Assembly: GCF_964188315.1 (NCBI RefSeq)
Contig: NC_135665.1
Span: 66,650,001 to 66,714,000, forward strand
Direction of reading: 5' to 3'
Length of the DNA stretch: 64,000 bases
Source of the DNA: Podarcis muralis
Lineage: Eukaryota
Made by a program: the position numbers and the translations under genes
Part shown: in pieces, positions 10,311-23,068 of the stretch
Position numbering within the stretch: position 1 is the first letter of the stretch
Layout of the letters: the number at the start of each line of letters is the position of its first letter
Notes under the pieces: model-generated
Told to the model about the DNA's origin: nothing
Seen by the model: only the letters and a program-made list of their open reading frames with translations
Databases searched by the model: none

Positions 10311-12505
10311 ACTCTGCCCTTCAATCGGGAGAAAGCCGCACTCGCAGAGCTCAGGCATGCTGGATTAAAACAATATTAACAACCTTAACAATACAGCAAC
10401 CAAAAAATAAACTGAGCACTGTTAAGTTCATTTTTATAAATACCATATTTATTTTTGTGTCTTATCTTACTCTGCACTTGTAATTATGCATTTTTTAAAT
10501 CTTTCAATAAAGTTTTTATGAGTTCACACACACACACTCTTCCCACCCCCATGACTCATAATCTTTCGCTCATTAAAATACCCCAACCCCTAAAGCCCAT
10601 GGCAGCAACTCCCTCCTGAGGGCTCCTTGGCCTGGAGGTGGGGCAGCAGAGGGGAGACCAACCAGCTACTGACAGCAAACAGCGTCTCTCTGCACCTGCA
10701 GTTCCTCCTCCTCTGGAAAGAGCTCCCTTGGGAAGGCTCCTAGGGATGGAGGGTGAAGAACGCAAGTGCTCTCTGGCCAACACAGAGTCTCTCTGCCCTC
10801 AGCCACACAGGGACCCTGGATGGCTTGCAGATAAAATAGAAACCGCTAAAAACGTAGGGGGGAAGCTGCAATTAAAAAGCAATCAAGTGCCAATAGAAGT
10901 AAAGCCATATACAGAGAGGTTTATTAAAAATACAGATAATTACAATAAAAAACATCACCTCACCATAAAAGCATAAATATTAAAAAGAACTCAAAAGCCC
11001 AAAGGACAAGAAGGAGGCAGCCAGTCCAACCTCTCTAGGAAGGGAGCCCCAAAGCTGTCTCCCCTCCAGAGCACCTTGGAAGACTCCTGTTCAAGGTGGG
11101 CTGAAAAGACCCTCGGGTGGGGGTCCTTCAGAGGGACCCTGCGGGGGGGGGGGGCGCTGATGAAAGACTCCCTCCGCCTCATGAGGCTGTGCCAGGCAGG
11201 GTCCCAGAAGGAAAAGCAGCAAGGAAATTAGGAGAGGAGGTTTGTGTCCTACGTGACTAATTGCTGCCTCATTACTTCATTAAGCCTTGGGGGGGGGGGG
11301 GGCTGGGCACCTTCCGCCTCTGGCTGGCGGGGCAGCAGAGGCTCCTGCTCCTGCCAGAGGGAGAACTTCCTCACGGCAGATGCTCACAAGGGGGACTTGC
11401 TGCCTTCGGGCTCCCAACTCCAGACGGGGGCCATGAACTGGGTTGCCTGGGCCACCCTTGGCAGAGCCCCCTGCCCTGGGCTGGACCCCCAGGCTGCCTC
11501 CATTCCCCCACCCCCATGCCCCCAAGGTGGGCAAATCTCTGGCCTCTGAGCAGGTGCTTTTCCAGAGCAGCAGCACCATCTGCTCTTTTGAGTGCCTTAA
11601 ACTCCGTTATAGGCATTCTAAGGCCTTCTATATAGAACATAAATGTTCATAAATGTACAAGGCTAACAAGTACCGTATATAAACCGCGTGTCTGAAATAG
11701 TACAGGAGAACAATCCTGAAGCCATTTTGACTCTCCCAAATGGAGCTCAAATATTTCTCTGCAAGGAGGAAGGAGAAGGGGAAAGTTTCCCAGTGGTCTT
11801 TGGACCGTAGGGGCTTACACCTCCCTGTAAATACAGCCTGGCAAGTATCTGTTCAGCTGAGCACACTCTCAATATGCGGAAGAGATTCAGGAACTAAGGA
11901 TCTACCATCTCCCAAGGAATGGCCAGGATACCCAGAAAAGGCAATCAGATAAGGCCTTATCAGGTATCCTGGCAGACAGGAGAGAAGCAACACGCTCAAA
12001 TTTCTGCTGGAGACCACTTCCTTCTGTGATGTATGGATGGTGTTTTGGGGGGGTGGTCTTGAGCTACAGGGTGGGCAAAAGTCTTTATAAGAGCTTGCAC
12101 ACCAATGTTCTGGGTTTCTCTCCTCCCTCCCTGTGTGGGGGGAGTGGGGCTCCACCCAGCCAGGCGCATGGGAGTAGCATTGCAGGGGTTGGACTAGATG
12201 ATGCTCGGGATTCCTTCCCACTCTGCAATTCTAGACTTCTGCTCTAGAAGTCCTCCACTTCTCCTCTCCTGACCCAAGTCCCTCGCTCAGCCCTCACTGG
12301 GCCTCCTGCTGCTTGGTGAGTCCAAGGGAGACTTTGGATCAAAGCCAACCACAGGCTTCATGATTCCTACATTCTCAGCCTGCACCTTCTGTTCCTCCTA
12401 GATCAGCTGGAGGCAAAGGGCGGCAGCAGGAGATTTAGTTGAGATCCCTTGAGTTGAGATTCCTGCACTGCAGGGGGTGGACTAGATGCCCCCTGGGGTC
12501 CCTCC

Positions 12506-13035
12506 TGTAATAAACGGAAATCTGCCCTTATTCCCTTATGGGGGACACAAGAGCCCTTATAGAGTCCTTTGTAGGTTCTCCATCGGTCGGAGAAAAGAAC
12601 AGAGGCCAAGCAGAGAATATTGAGAAGCAAAGCAGCTCGTAAGCCTGATCTTTATTGATCTGTTGCAACAGGGTGCTCTCCTCACACGTAGGAGGACAGA
12701 GAAGGCCCCCGAACAAAGGTGTGCCTGCCCTTATATAGACATTTTAAATTCCCTGCCCTGGAGCTCAAGACCACCCCTCCATACATCATACATACATCAC
12801 AGAAGGGGTGTAACCTAAGACCACCCCCCAGATACATACCTACATCACAGAAAAGGCGGTCTACATCAGAAATCTGAGTGTGGTGTTGTTTATCTCGTCT
12901 GACAGGTTACCTGTTAATGCTTACTTGATTGGATACCCTGGGGAGCCTGGCCAGTCTTTTGTAATGATAAATACTTAGTTCCTGAGCCAGTCACAGGCTC
13001 ACACCGTATTCATACACAGACACACCCTTAAGACA
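12506..13035 (-). mobile_element. Probable solo LTR (ERV-like)
   Basis: TG...CA termini on the minus strand (TGTCTTAAG...TTTATTACA), TATATAA at 12731-12737, AATAAA at 12651-12656, duplicated U3 motif aagaccacccc..tacatcacagaa. No TSD found. Confidence 0.6.
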
Positions 13036-14387
13036 GGATTTGTGAAGGAAAAGGCAATGGGGAGGCTTTTCCTTTTCCTTGACCTTGCAGAGAAAACATT
13101 TGGTCAGTTTGGGAGCCAAAATGCCTCCAGGACTGCCCTCCTGGGCTGCCTCAGACATGTGGCCCATACATTTATGTATGTGTTTGCCTGGCAAATCCAT
13201 GAACATTTATATATTTATATATATATATATATATCACCTTAATTTTTTTATTTCACTTCCAAATCTGTGAGGAGGAGGAGGAGGAGGGAGCAGCTGCCAG
13301 GGGATGCAAAGGATCCGTTGCAGATCCAGTGCTCTCTGCATTTCAAACCATCCTCCCTCTCAGGGGTAAGACCTGAAAAATACAAGAGCACCACCGAGCA
13401 GTCAGTGGAAATCTGCTTCAGCAGAATGCGCAGGAGTGTGTGGGCTCCAGGTTAGCTGCGATGCATCAACACCCACCCACCAGGCCAGATGTTTCCTGGA
13501 GTTTCTGGAACATTCTTCTCCGGGGGTTTTGGGCCAGCCTGCGGGAGCCCCTTCCGCTTCTCAATATCTGTGCCAGGAAAAATAACAGGGACTGGGAGAC
13601 TGGGGGGGGGGGGGAGGAAGAGGGGCTGGAGCTCACTGCTCCCCCAGCCCCAAGAGAGCAGGTTTGAGCTGGGGCCTCCTCCCAAACCAAGCTGAGCTAT
13701 TCATGCCCCCCAACCTCAAAGAAGCTGTTTGGCAGGGGGCTGCTCAGAGCCCTTGCATGGGATGCTCTGCAGGAACACTCCCCACCTGCCTCCCTCCACA
13801 CAGGCAGGCAGATGCACAGGTAAGACCCCCGGTCCACCGAGCCCAGTTTTGTCTACACTGACCGGCAGCAATGACTCTCCAGGATTTCAGAGCAGCCTCA
13901 CCATCGCCCCCTGGAGGGGCCTTCAGGGATGGAACCTGGGCCTTCTGCAGGTGCTCTCTTCTGGAGGGGGGGGCGCTCCTTCCCAGAGAGAAGCGGGTGG
14001 GCACACTCTGCCTTGCAAGGACTGGAGGGGGGTGGGAAGCCCCACAGGTATCTCAGGGGCACACCTAGAAATGGCATCTGCTCAAGATGTCTCTCTAAAG
14101 TTAGGCCAGAGGCTGCGACTTGGAGGGTCAAGCACCCATGTTTGAAATTCAGCCTTCTGGGGGTTGCTGGAAAAGACCCCGGTGAGGCTGTGCTGCTGTC
14201 CTCTCCCCTGCCAGGCTCCATCTCTCCAGGTGGGGGTGCTCTTGCTGCTGCACCCAAAGCACCCCTCCCGCTCCTTCCTGTGGGAATGTTAAGGAAGGTA
14301 GGGAGACAAGATAGTGCTTTGATATGATCCCTCCTCGCTCACTCCAGTGGGTAAACAGCAGAGCACACTCCCTTTGCAATCTCTCAA

Positions 14388-14905
14388 ATGACCTGTCGGT
14401 GGCATTTTACCATTGCATTGTTGAGAGTGCATTAACTTATGGTCTGTGTGTGTGGTTTGGGAGCTGCATGGTCAGGGGAAAAACAATGCTGTCCAGGGTT
14501 GTAAAGACTGCGGAGAGAATAATTGGGTGCACTCTTCCCACCTTGGATCAAATCTATGCTTCCAGGTGCTATATGAAAGCTGCAGAGATAGTGCAGGATA
14601 GTGTGCACCCCGGAAATGATCTCTTTCAGCTTCTGCCTTCTGGAAGAAGGTATAGGGTTATAAAGGCCAGGACTAGCCGCCTGAGAAACTGTTTCTATCC
14701 AAATGCGATTTTGGTTTTAAATGCTGTGTAAGGCAGTCTCTAGGGGAGTATATTGTATTTAATTATGGGGCATCCGAGTTTTTAGGGGGCTAACCAGGCT
14801 GGGATAGCTGGGATAGCAGGCTTGTTGGTTTTGAATGTCTGATGTAGATTTTTTTCAATTTCATTGTTCTGTATGGGACAATGACAATCTTAAAGATTAT
14901 CACAA
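14388..14905 (+). mobile_element. Rex1/Babar-type LINE 3' end
   Basis: Open frame FYHCIVESALTYGLCVWFGSC...RVVKTAERIIG...HPGNDLFQLLPSGRRYR..RTSRLRNCFYP followed by a 3' UTR ending gggacaatgacaa..taaagattatc. Confidence 0.85.
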
Positions 14906-15719
14906 TATCGTAAACCTACGACACAAGAGGAGGAAGCTCCAGAGTCACCTTCCCCTGGGTGTCCATTCCAGGCAACAGGGAAAGGTTGTACTTGACTGCT
15001 CCAGTAATAATACCCCCCCCCCCACTTCCCAGGGGCATCCCCTCTGCCAGGTGAGTGGCACTTTCCTGGAGCCCCCTCCCCGGCCGGGAAGGAGAGGCGC
15101 TCTCCCGGGACTCTTTCTGAGTCACCACACAGGAAGCACCACCATGCGCTCATTTCCTCGCAGAGCCTGCAAAGCACCTGCTGGAGAGGATTTATGGGGT
15201 GCCAGCCGCTCGTCCCTCCTGACACGCGGAGGCGGCTATTTTCCTGCCTGGGCAGCCGGTGCCAGAGCCTAGGGCCCTGAACTCCCGGGGTCTTTCCTGT
15301 CACGTCCCACCATTCTCTGGAAGAGGGCAAAGGCCCCGGCCTGGGGGGCAAGGAGGGCACGGCCCTAGCAGAGGACCCGCTTCCGCGCAGAGGGTCACAG
15401 GGAGCGGAAAGTGAATTGGCATGGCTGCCAGGCTGCTCTGCAAAGCACCGTGCGCTCACAAAAAGGGAGGCATCTTGGCAGAGGAGAAATAGTTATACCA
15501 GGGAATTCTATGGCCTTTTAAACTTGGGGGGTTGATATTGGGGGTTGTTTTGTTACTATGGATGAAGGGTGGTATAGATATTATTATTATCGTTATTGTT
15601 GTCGTTGTTATCCCCCTTACACAGGAGGCAGTGACGGCCACCAACCTAGATGACTTTGTCGCGGTTCAACAGAAGATGGGACACATTCATAGAGGAGAGG
15701 GCTATTGGATAAAAATAAC

Positions 15720-16087
15720 AGTAATAATTTATATGCCGCCCATCTGACTGGGTTGCCACAGCTGCTCTGGATGGCTTCCAACAAATATAAAAGCATAATT
15801 AAAATTAAAAACGTCCCTGTACAGGGCTGCCTTCAGATGTCTTCTAAAAGTCTGGTAGTTGTTTTTCTCTTTGACATCTGATGGGAGGGCGTTCCACAGG
15901 GAAGGCGCCACTACCGAGAAGGCCCTCTGCCTGGTTCCCTGTAACTTCACTTCTCTCAGTGCGGAAACCACCAGAAGGCCTCAGCACTGGACCTCAGTGT
16001 CCGGGCAGAATGATGGGGGTGGAGACGCTCCTTCAGGTCTACTGGACCAAAGCCTTTTAGGGCTGTAAAGGTCAGCACCAACACTTG
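15720..16087 (-). mobile_element. L2 LINE 3' end
   Basis: EVKLQGTRQRAFSVVAPSLWNALP..FRRHLKAALY; family shared with 38008, 56633 and 59390. Confidence 0.85.
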
Positions 16088-17971
16088 TGAAATTGCAATG
16101 CTTTGTTATGCTAGACATCTTAAGGCTCCTTTGGAACCCACTGGGAACATTTTCAACGTTGATGGAACAACCGTCAAGTTGTATCTTGTTAAATTTGTTT
16201 GCTAGTTCTTCAAATATTAAATAAAAACATTTTTTTTAAAAAAAATTCATACCAATCCACTTTTGACTCTGGTGGCCAGTTTGATCAGGAGGCATATCAG
16301 GCCCCCCAAAATGACCAGAACCCGTCCCCCTAGGCTTTGAAAAGGGGCACAACATGGGAGGCCTTTAGGCGGCTGGTAGCTCTGAGGCCGGCCGTGTTGA
16401 AATCCCAGGGGCTGCTGGAAACCGCAGGATGAGAGGGCAGAGCTGGCCCTCCGGTCTGGCCTGAGGACTTCTCAGAAGAGGCATCTGTGGCCACGGCGAG
16501 ACTGGGGTGCAGGACTGGAGGGGGACCTTTGGCCTGACGCAGCAACCAAGCTCTTCCTGTGTTCTTGTTGTCTCAGGAGACTTCCCCGTTGCCCCTCCAG
16601 TTTGCCAAGCTGGACTCCTCACCCCACACCGCCTCTCAGGGAGCCCAAAGGCAGCCGCCTCAGGGGACAGTCAGAAAAGTCTTGGTGGCCTCAGTCTCTG
16701 TGGTCGCCCTTGGAGCCACTTGGCGCTTGCCTGCTCCCTTCCAGCCACCTTTGGCGGAGCTGGGGCCCACTTTGCAGAGGCCACCTTGCACATCCAAAAG
16801 CCATGCAACTCCCACCCCCATCTTTCTCCTCATTTGCTCAGGGATGCTTCCTCTCACCTGGCGGGCTCCGACTCAGCTGCTGGGACCACCTCCACCCGAC
16901 TCGCTGCCCCACAGCGTGTTCTTGCCCCAGGCAGAGCTGGCCCCCCTGCCCTTCCCTCACACAAAGCAGCCAACAGGCAGCTCATTGCAATGGTGCCTCT
17001 CCAGCCCAGCAAAGGGCTCCTTCTCCAGCTGCTCAAGGGCGGCAGGAGGTCCAGGCCAGGCCAGGCGGAGGGGGGCAGTAAGAGACTGGTGTTCCTGGGA
17101 AGGAGGGAGCCTGGCCCAGCCAACTCCCCAGGGAGCGGCTGCTCCCAGCTGTTGGGGCGAGGAGAAGGGCACCCAGGGAGGCCCCCCCCCATTGGCCTGG
17201 GGGCAGAGTCTTGGGACTTTGCTCTTGGCCCAGGTGGGCCCTTGGAAGCCGCCCAGCCCAGCCCCAAAGCGAGCGCTTCTTGGAAGCTGCTGGTGTTTGC
17301 AGAGAAAACACCCCGAGATTTGGGGCTCTGGAGCCAAGCCCCTTCCATGCCTAAAACAGCACTGGCAGTACTGCCTTGGCATGGGGATCTCTTGGCAGTG
17401 CCCGCTGCCAGCCGGAATCCTGCATCCTGTTTGCTTCCTGCGCGGCAGCTGCCAGCCTGGCCCTGGGGGTCGAACAGAGGTTTGCCCTCCTGCTGGGAGC
17501 TGCGATGCCCCCTTGGGTGCCAGGGTGCCCACCCAGGGCCCTTGCCTTGCCTGTTTCAAAGGCTGCCTGCAGAGATCAGAGAGGGGCACATGGGGCAGAT
17601 GGGGCTGCAAGGGAGCTGGGGGGAGACCCCCCCACTGCCTCCCTTTCTCCCAGCAGTTCAGCCATGCCAGAGAGGGGCGGCCCTCAAGTGCTATGGGGCA
17701 GGGAAGCCCACCTCCTCCTCTGCCCCACCATCTTGCTGTGGCAGAGGCTTGGCCACTGGGATGTGCAGTGGAGCAAGAGTCCAGGAGGGGCCTGGGTGAC
17801 GCTATGGGGCAGAGAGATAGGGAGGAGGGGGGCAGGAGAGGCAGGAAAGGTGCCAAGCAAGGAGAGGGCAGCCAGGCAGGGAGAGGGGGGGAAGAGAGGA
17901 GCCAAGAGGAACCCCGACACAGAGCTGCCACGCTGCACCCCCCCCAAAAGGGCACAGCCAAGGAATTCAGG

Positions 17972-18345
17972 CCATAAAATCAGTGTTGGAAGGGACCCCC
18001 AAAGGCCATCTGGTTCAACCCCCTGCAATGCAGGAATCACAGCTCAAGGATCCCTGATGCAGAGCCGCTCCATCTGTTTAAAGGCCTCCAGTGAAGGAGA
18101 GTCACAGAATCCTAGAAGCGTAGAGTTGGAAAGGACCCCAGTCCACCTCCTGCAATGCAGGAATCTCAGCTCAAGCATCCATGACAGAGGACCACCCAAC
18201 CTCTGCTTCTGAACCTCCAGTGAAGGAGACGCCACCACCTCTCTCCCGAGGTCGTCTGTTCCACTGTCAAATGGCTCTTACTTCGCAAAAGGAACTGAAA
18301 TGAGCCGCCAAATATTGTCATCAGGACAGAAGGGAAGCAGACAAG
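17972..18345 (-). mobile_element. Two tandem CR1 3' fragments
   Basis: gttggaagggacccc..tcaacccctgcaatgcaggaatc repeated at about 17985 and 18125. Confidence 0.75.
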
Positions 18346-19144
18346 AGATTCTTCCTGAACCAAACATCTGCCAGTGCCGAATGTGGTGGCTATGAAGGGG
18401 GGGGGGCAGCATTGAGAGGCCTTTGCTGGCCCTCAGTTTGGTTCTGGGCTTGATTCCATGCGCTGCCCCCCAAAAACCTACTATTATTTTATTTACTAAA
18501 TTTGTATACCACCATCAGATCACAGGACAGTTCACAACATAAAAATACAAAATGAAAACACAAGATAAGACAAAAGCAATACGGGCCAATGCTCTCCCTC
18601 CCATGCACATTTCAAAGGCTGCAAAACGTAAACCAGCCCAACGCCTGGCCCAAGATTCATGGCCCCCTGTGCCCGTGGGCGCTGGCTTCCTCAGAGGGGA
18701 TGTGCAGCTGTGCGCATCTGCATCCCATGCCCCAGAGGCTCAGAGGAGGAAGCGATGCTGCTGCAAATGGCAGGAGGGGAGAGCGTGGCTCTTGCGCATG
18801 AATCCTGCTGGTGGTCTTCCACTGGGAGAAGAGGATGCTGGGCGAGGTGGGCAATGGCCCTGATCCGGCTGCAGGCTCTCCTTACATCCCTGCCAGGAGG
18901 AGGGTGGCCTGGCTGGCTTCTTCCCCCGGTGGTGGAGGGGTCACAGGAGAGTTACCTCGATGCCCCGCAGGGCACCCCCTCTGGGGCTCCCAACTGGAGG
19001 CCTTCCCGGAGGGCATGAATCAGCTTTTCGCAGCTTGTTAAAAAATCCCCGTCCCACCTCTTGTTTTCGTGCCTCCGACCAGGAAATGAGCTTTGCCACT
19101 TTGCCAGGGAGAGTCAGCCGGAGGCCAGGCCCATAAAGCTCCCC

Positions 19145-19152
19145 TTTATAAG
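19145..19152 (+). promoter_or_regulatory. TATA box of MSMP
   Basis: TTTATAAG about 85 nt upstream of the ATG at 19235. Confidence 0.6.
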
Positions 19153-19234
19153 CACCTGTGGGGCAGACATTCCGCAGGGAGACCGAGGCAGGAGGAGAAG
19201 CAGCCTAGCCCAGAGACCCACGGGAAGCCCCACG

Positions 19235-22200
19235 ATGTCTGCGAAGGCGAGGCTGGGGGCAGCGGCGGCATTCTGGGCCCCCCTGAGGGGCTGCCTGCTC
19301 CTCGCGCTCCTGCTCCAGCTGCCAGGAGCAAGGGCCCTTTGCTACTTCCATGCGCAAGGTGAGGCGGCCGTGGGGGACACAGGCGGGGGGCCAAGGGGAG
19401 GGACAGCAGAGAATTGTGGAGGTCACCCCAAAGGTCATCCAGTCCAACCCCGCTTCAGCGCAGGAATCTCAACTAAGCATCCCTGGCAGAGGGTCACCCG
19501 ACCTCTGCTCAAAAACCTCCAAGGAAGGTTCCTCTGTCAAACAGCTCTTGCCACCAGAAAGTTTCCCTTGCTGTTGAGTCAGAATCTCCTTTCTTGTGAC
19601 TTGGGTTCGAGTCCTACCATCTAGCACAGGAGAAAACAATCTTGCTCCACGTGACTGGCCTTGAGAGACTGGAAGATCAGGAACGGCCATCAGGCGCCCT
19701 TGGGCTATGCAGCCTTGAGGCTACCCAAGGCTAGCACTAGTCTTCAAATGTACAGAAATATTGCAAGGAAATGGACTCACTCGCAGGCTTTGAGGAGTGA
19801 GCCCTTACAATCGACAAAATCAAGGTAGAGAATGTATGGTAATAATTGAAATAGAGTCTAGAGGCAATTAGAGAACAATCAAGGTATAATAATGATAAGA
19901 ATATAGTAACATTTTATTTTTATTTTAAGAAAGCTGTATGAAAAGACAATTAAACAAGCAGGAGAAGTAAATTTGCAAGAAACCAGAAGAGAAAGTTGAG
20001 GGGACTTGTGGGGACGGGTGTGGATCTGGGGGTGTTGTCTTTTCTTTTTGTGAACAATGTTATGGTGATGAATAAAGGTAAAGGTACCCCTGCCCGTACG
20101 GGCCAGTCTTGACAGACTCTAGGGTTGTGCGCCCATCTCACTCAAGAGGCTGGGGGCCAGCGCTGTCCGAAGACACTGAGATGGGCGCACAACCCATCTC
20201 ACGTGGCCAGCGTGACATCGCTGCTCTGGCGAGCCAGAGCCGCACACGGAAACGCCGTTTACCTTCCCGCTAGTAAGCGGTCCCTATTTATCTACTTGCA
20301 CCCGGGGGTGCTTTCGAACTGCTAGGTTGGCAGGCGCTGGGACCGAACAACGGGAGCGCACCCCGCCGCGGGGATTCGAACCGCCGACCTTTTGATCGGC
20401 AAGCCCTAGGCGCTGAGGCTTTTACCCACAGCGCCACCCACGTCCCTCTATGGTGATGAATACAACACTGCAAAATTTAATAAAAATTATTTTTAAAAAA
20501 TCAATCAATCTTCCAATGGCAAAGGAGCAGATTCAGACTCGACCTTGGGAAGACCCTTGTGACAGAAAGAGTGAATCAACCATAGAACAGGCTCCCCTTT
20601 TTTAAGCAGAGACCAGGCAGCCATCTGTTAGGGCTCCTTCAGCCGAGAGTCCTGCATCGCAGAGGGTTGGCTGGATGACCCCTGGGTGTCCCTTGCCACC
20701 CTACAAGCCTGAGAGGCAGGAGGAGACTGGCAGTGGCCCAAGAGCAGCCAGGGGCTCCCCGCTTGGCAGAATGCAGCTGGCAGAGCCGAGGGCCAGATCC
20801 TGCGCCAGCCCTCCTCCCTGACCGCCCTCCCTCCTTCCTTCCAGCCCCCTGCCTCTACAAGGAAAAGCACTTTGGCCCCGGAGAGTCCTGGCAGGATGCC
20901 AACTGCTCCAAGTGCTTCTGCCTGGACCCCCTTGGCGTGGGCTGCTGCGACATGTGAGTTGGGCCAGGGGGGTGCATGTGGGCACAAGGAGCAGGGAGGG
21001 GGCACGTGTCTGGGAGGAGAAACGCAAGGAGACCCCCCCCCCAAGTAGCAGCTCCTGGAGGGCACCACACCTGGAAGGGGCCCGGGCAGGTGAGGCACCT
21101 GGAAGCGGCCCCCCAAGGGTGAAAATGGGGTCCTGGCCCCTGAGGCATCCTCGCTCCAGGCTCTCCTGGCATCGCGGCACCCGGGGCCAAGGCCAAGCAA
21201 AGGGGTCATTTCTGGGGCACAGGAAAGAGCCGGGAGAGGCGAGCAAAAGTCAGGGATTGGGACCTGGTGTTGCCGTCTGAGCAGATTTGAGCCCGGGATC
21301 TGAGGAGATGTCTAGCAGAGCGTGAGACTCTTCATCTCAGGGGCGAGAGACTTGCCCCACGATGGGCAAAAAGAATTCTGCACTGAAGGGGGTTGGACTG
21401 GATGGCCCTCGGGGTCCCTCCCAACTCCACACTTCTTGGAGGGGCTCACTGAGAAGCAACCCACCTGCCCAAGGAGGGGTGAAGTCTGACCCCCCTTTCT
21501 GAGTGGGGATGGGACTGCCTGGCGCAGCCGCTCAGAGGGCCAGGGAGAGCAGAGTTCGAATCCTCTCCCGCTGGTCTCACTGGGGGAACAGAGCCAGCCC
21601 CATGGCCCCCCATGCCCAGCCTAGCGGGGGCAAAGTTGGGGGGGGGGGGACCTTCACAGCCCCAGCTCAGCTCCTTGCAGGGATGGCAGGATCAAGCCGA
21701 GAGGCAGTCGGGTGTCTGGGAGAGATGCCTCCTCCTCCTCCTCCTCGCTCCCTGCCAACCCCCCCCCGACTCCCCCCCATAAATCAGCCACAGGGCCGTG
21801 TGGGGCCCAGCGTGCCCCCCACCCACATCAACCACCCCAAGGAGGGGAGCTGCATGGCTGAAAGCAGGAGGAGGATTGGGGCCTCCTCAGCACCCAGTGG
21901 CTGCAGGGAGCCTGGATCAGGCCCACAGTGCCATGGGGGGGGGGGAGTAGGCCAAGGGGGGGTTTGCTTTTGCTCTGAGGAGCTCAAGAGCCACTGGACT
22001 GGCTGGGCCCGATCCGGGAGCCTCTCCCCATGTTCTCACTGCCCCCTCTCCTCCTGGCAGGATGCAGCCTCCGGTCGACTTCCCCGCCTGGTGCGAAGCG
22101 CGCTACGACTCCCGGGCCTGCAAGATCTCGCTGGTGCAGAAAGGCCGGCCGAGGCTGCCCTGCGTGAACAACCTGGAGCCCGGCTGGGGGTCCGGCCAGG

Positions 22201-22277
22201 CCCCTGAGCAGCAGCCCGGCAGCCGAGGGGGGTCCAAGGCCCAGCTGGGGAGGAAGAGCCTGGAAGCGAAGCGCTGA
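19235..22277 (+). CDS. MSMP: Prostate-associated microseminoprotein (beta-microseminoprotein family), 149 aa. Exons 19235-19358, 20845-20953, 22061-22277.
   Basis: Spliced product MSAKARLG...LLLALLLQLPGARALCYFHAQ-APCLYKEKHFGPGESWQDANCSKCFCLDPLGVGCCD-MMQPPVDFPAWCEARYDSRACKISLVQKGRPRLPC... has a signal peptide and the 10 family cysteines. GT-AG sites with phases 1 and 2; total 450 nt. Confidence 0.95.
19405..19630 (-). mobile_element. CR1 3' fragment, MSMP intron 1
   Basis: ggtcatccagtccaacccc..caggaatctcaac..aaaacctccaaggaagg. Confidence 0.75.
20075..20448 (-). mobile_element. Full-length Sauria SINE (divergent subfamily) with 14-bp TSD
   Basis: TSD TATGGTGATGAATA at 20061-20074 and 20449-20462; tRNA-like head gggacgtgggtggcgctgtgggtaaa, B box, (ccttta)n tail. 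Confidence 0.9.
20510..20705 (+). mobile_element. CR1 3' fragment, MSMP intron 1
   Basis: agattcagactcgac..tttaagcagagacc..gccatctgttaggg..gggttggctggatgacc. Confidence 0.65.
21255..21435 (+). mobile_element. CR1 3' fragment, MSMP intron 2
   Basis: ggggggttggactggatggccctcggggtccctccaactc tail. Confidence 0.6.
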
Positions 22278-22310
22278 GGGGGGGGGGCAGAAGCAGCGCC
22301 AGAGGCACCC

Positions 22311-22311
<1 letters not shown>

Positions 22312-22352
<41 letters not shown>
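22312..22352 (+). repeat. (AAAG)n microsatellite in MSMP 3' UTR
   Basis: About 10 perfect AGAA units. Confidence 0.95.
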
Positions 22353-22353
<1 letters not shown>

Positions 22354-22915
22354 GGGCCTTGCTAGCCACCATCACCAGAGGACCCCCCCCCCACACACCT
22401 GTAGAGCAAGAACTCCCCCCAGCTTTGCTTACTGCCCACCTCTGCCTAGGGTGGGCACCTTGCCCCTTCCCTCCTCCTCCAGATGTCAAGCGGGGAGGGG
22501 GCCAGCACCCGGACCCTCTCCTGATCAGACACCATTGCCATAAATTCCCCCAGAAATTGGGGTCTGGCTGGCTCCCCACCCCTGCAGATATAGGGCCTGC
22601 TTTTATCCCCCAATATATCCAAAATGGGGTGGGCAGGGGGTGTGGAAGGTCCTGGGCTGCTGCCCCCCATTTCCAGCTTCTTCTCCCTCACCCCCCCCCC
22701 AGTCTGCTGGCTTCTCTGTTAAGCAGCCAAAGCCCCCCACCCCTCCCAAAAAACCCACTAAAGGGAACCACTAAAGAGACCTAGGGGTCCAGACCACTCT
22801 GTGCAGGGGTGGGGGGGTGCCATGAGGGAAGAGGGCTGGGCCTGACCCAGAGATGGGCGCGATCCGCAGCCAAAGCTCTTCCTTAGGGCGTAGAGAGGGC
22901 ATGTCTGACTCTTCA

Positions 22916-22921
22916 AATAAA
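22916..22921 (+). terminator. Candidate polyadenylation signal of MSMP
   Basis: First AATAAA seen downstream of the MSMP stop codon. Confidence 0.5.
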
Positions 22922-23062
22922 GACCCCATGAAACAGCAGAAAGGCTCTGGTGCCGTGGATTTCTTGCAGGGGGGGGGGAGAGATGGGCAGGAGGGGAAGG
23001 GTCTCCCGTGGCCCCCACCCTCCTGGGCAAAGAGTATGGGGGGGCAGCCATTGCAGCAGATT

Positions 23063-23068
23063 TTTATT
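23063..23068 (-). terminator. Candidate polyadenylation signal of RGP1
   Basis: AATAAA on the minus strand about 330 nt after the RGP1 stop. Confidence 0.55.

Noticed and set aside
16507-17977. Overlapping 430-aa and 472-aa plus-strand ORFs upstream of MSMP
   Set aside because: No recognisable domain or splice structure; several frames including antisense are open at once, as expected in GC-rich, TpA-poor DNA.
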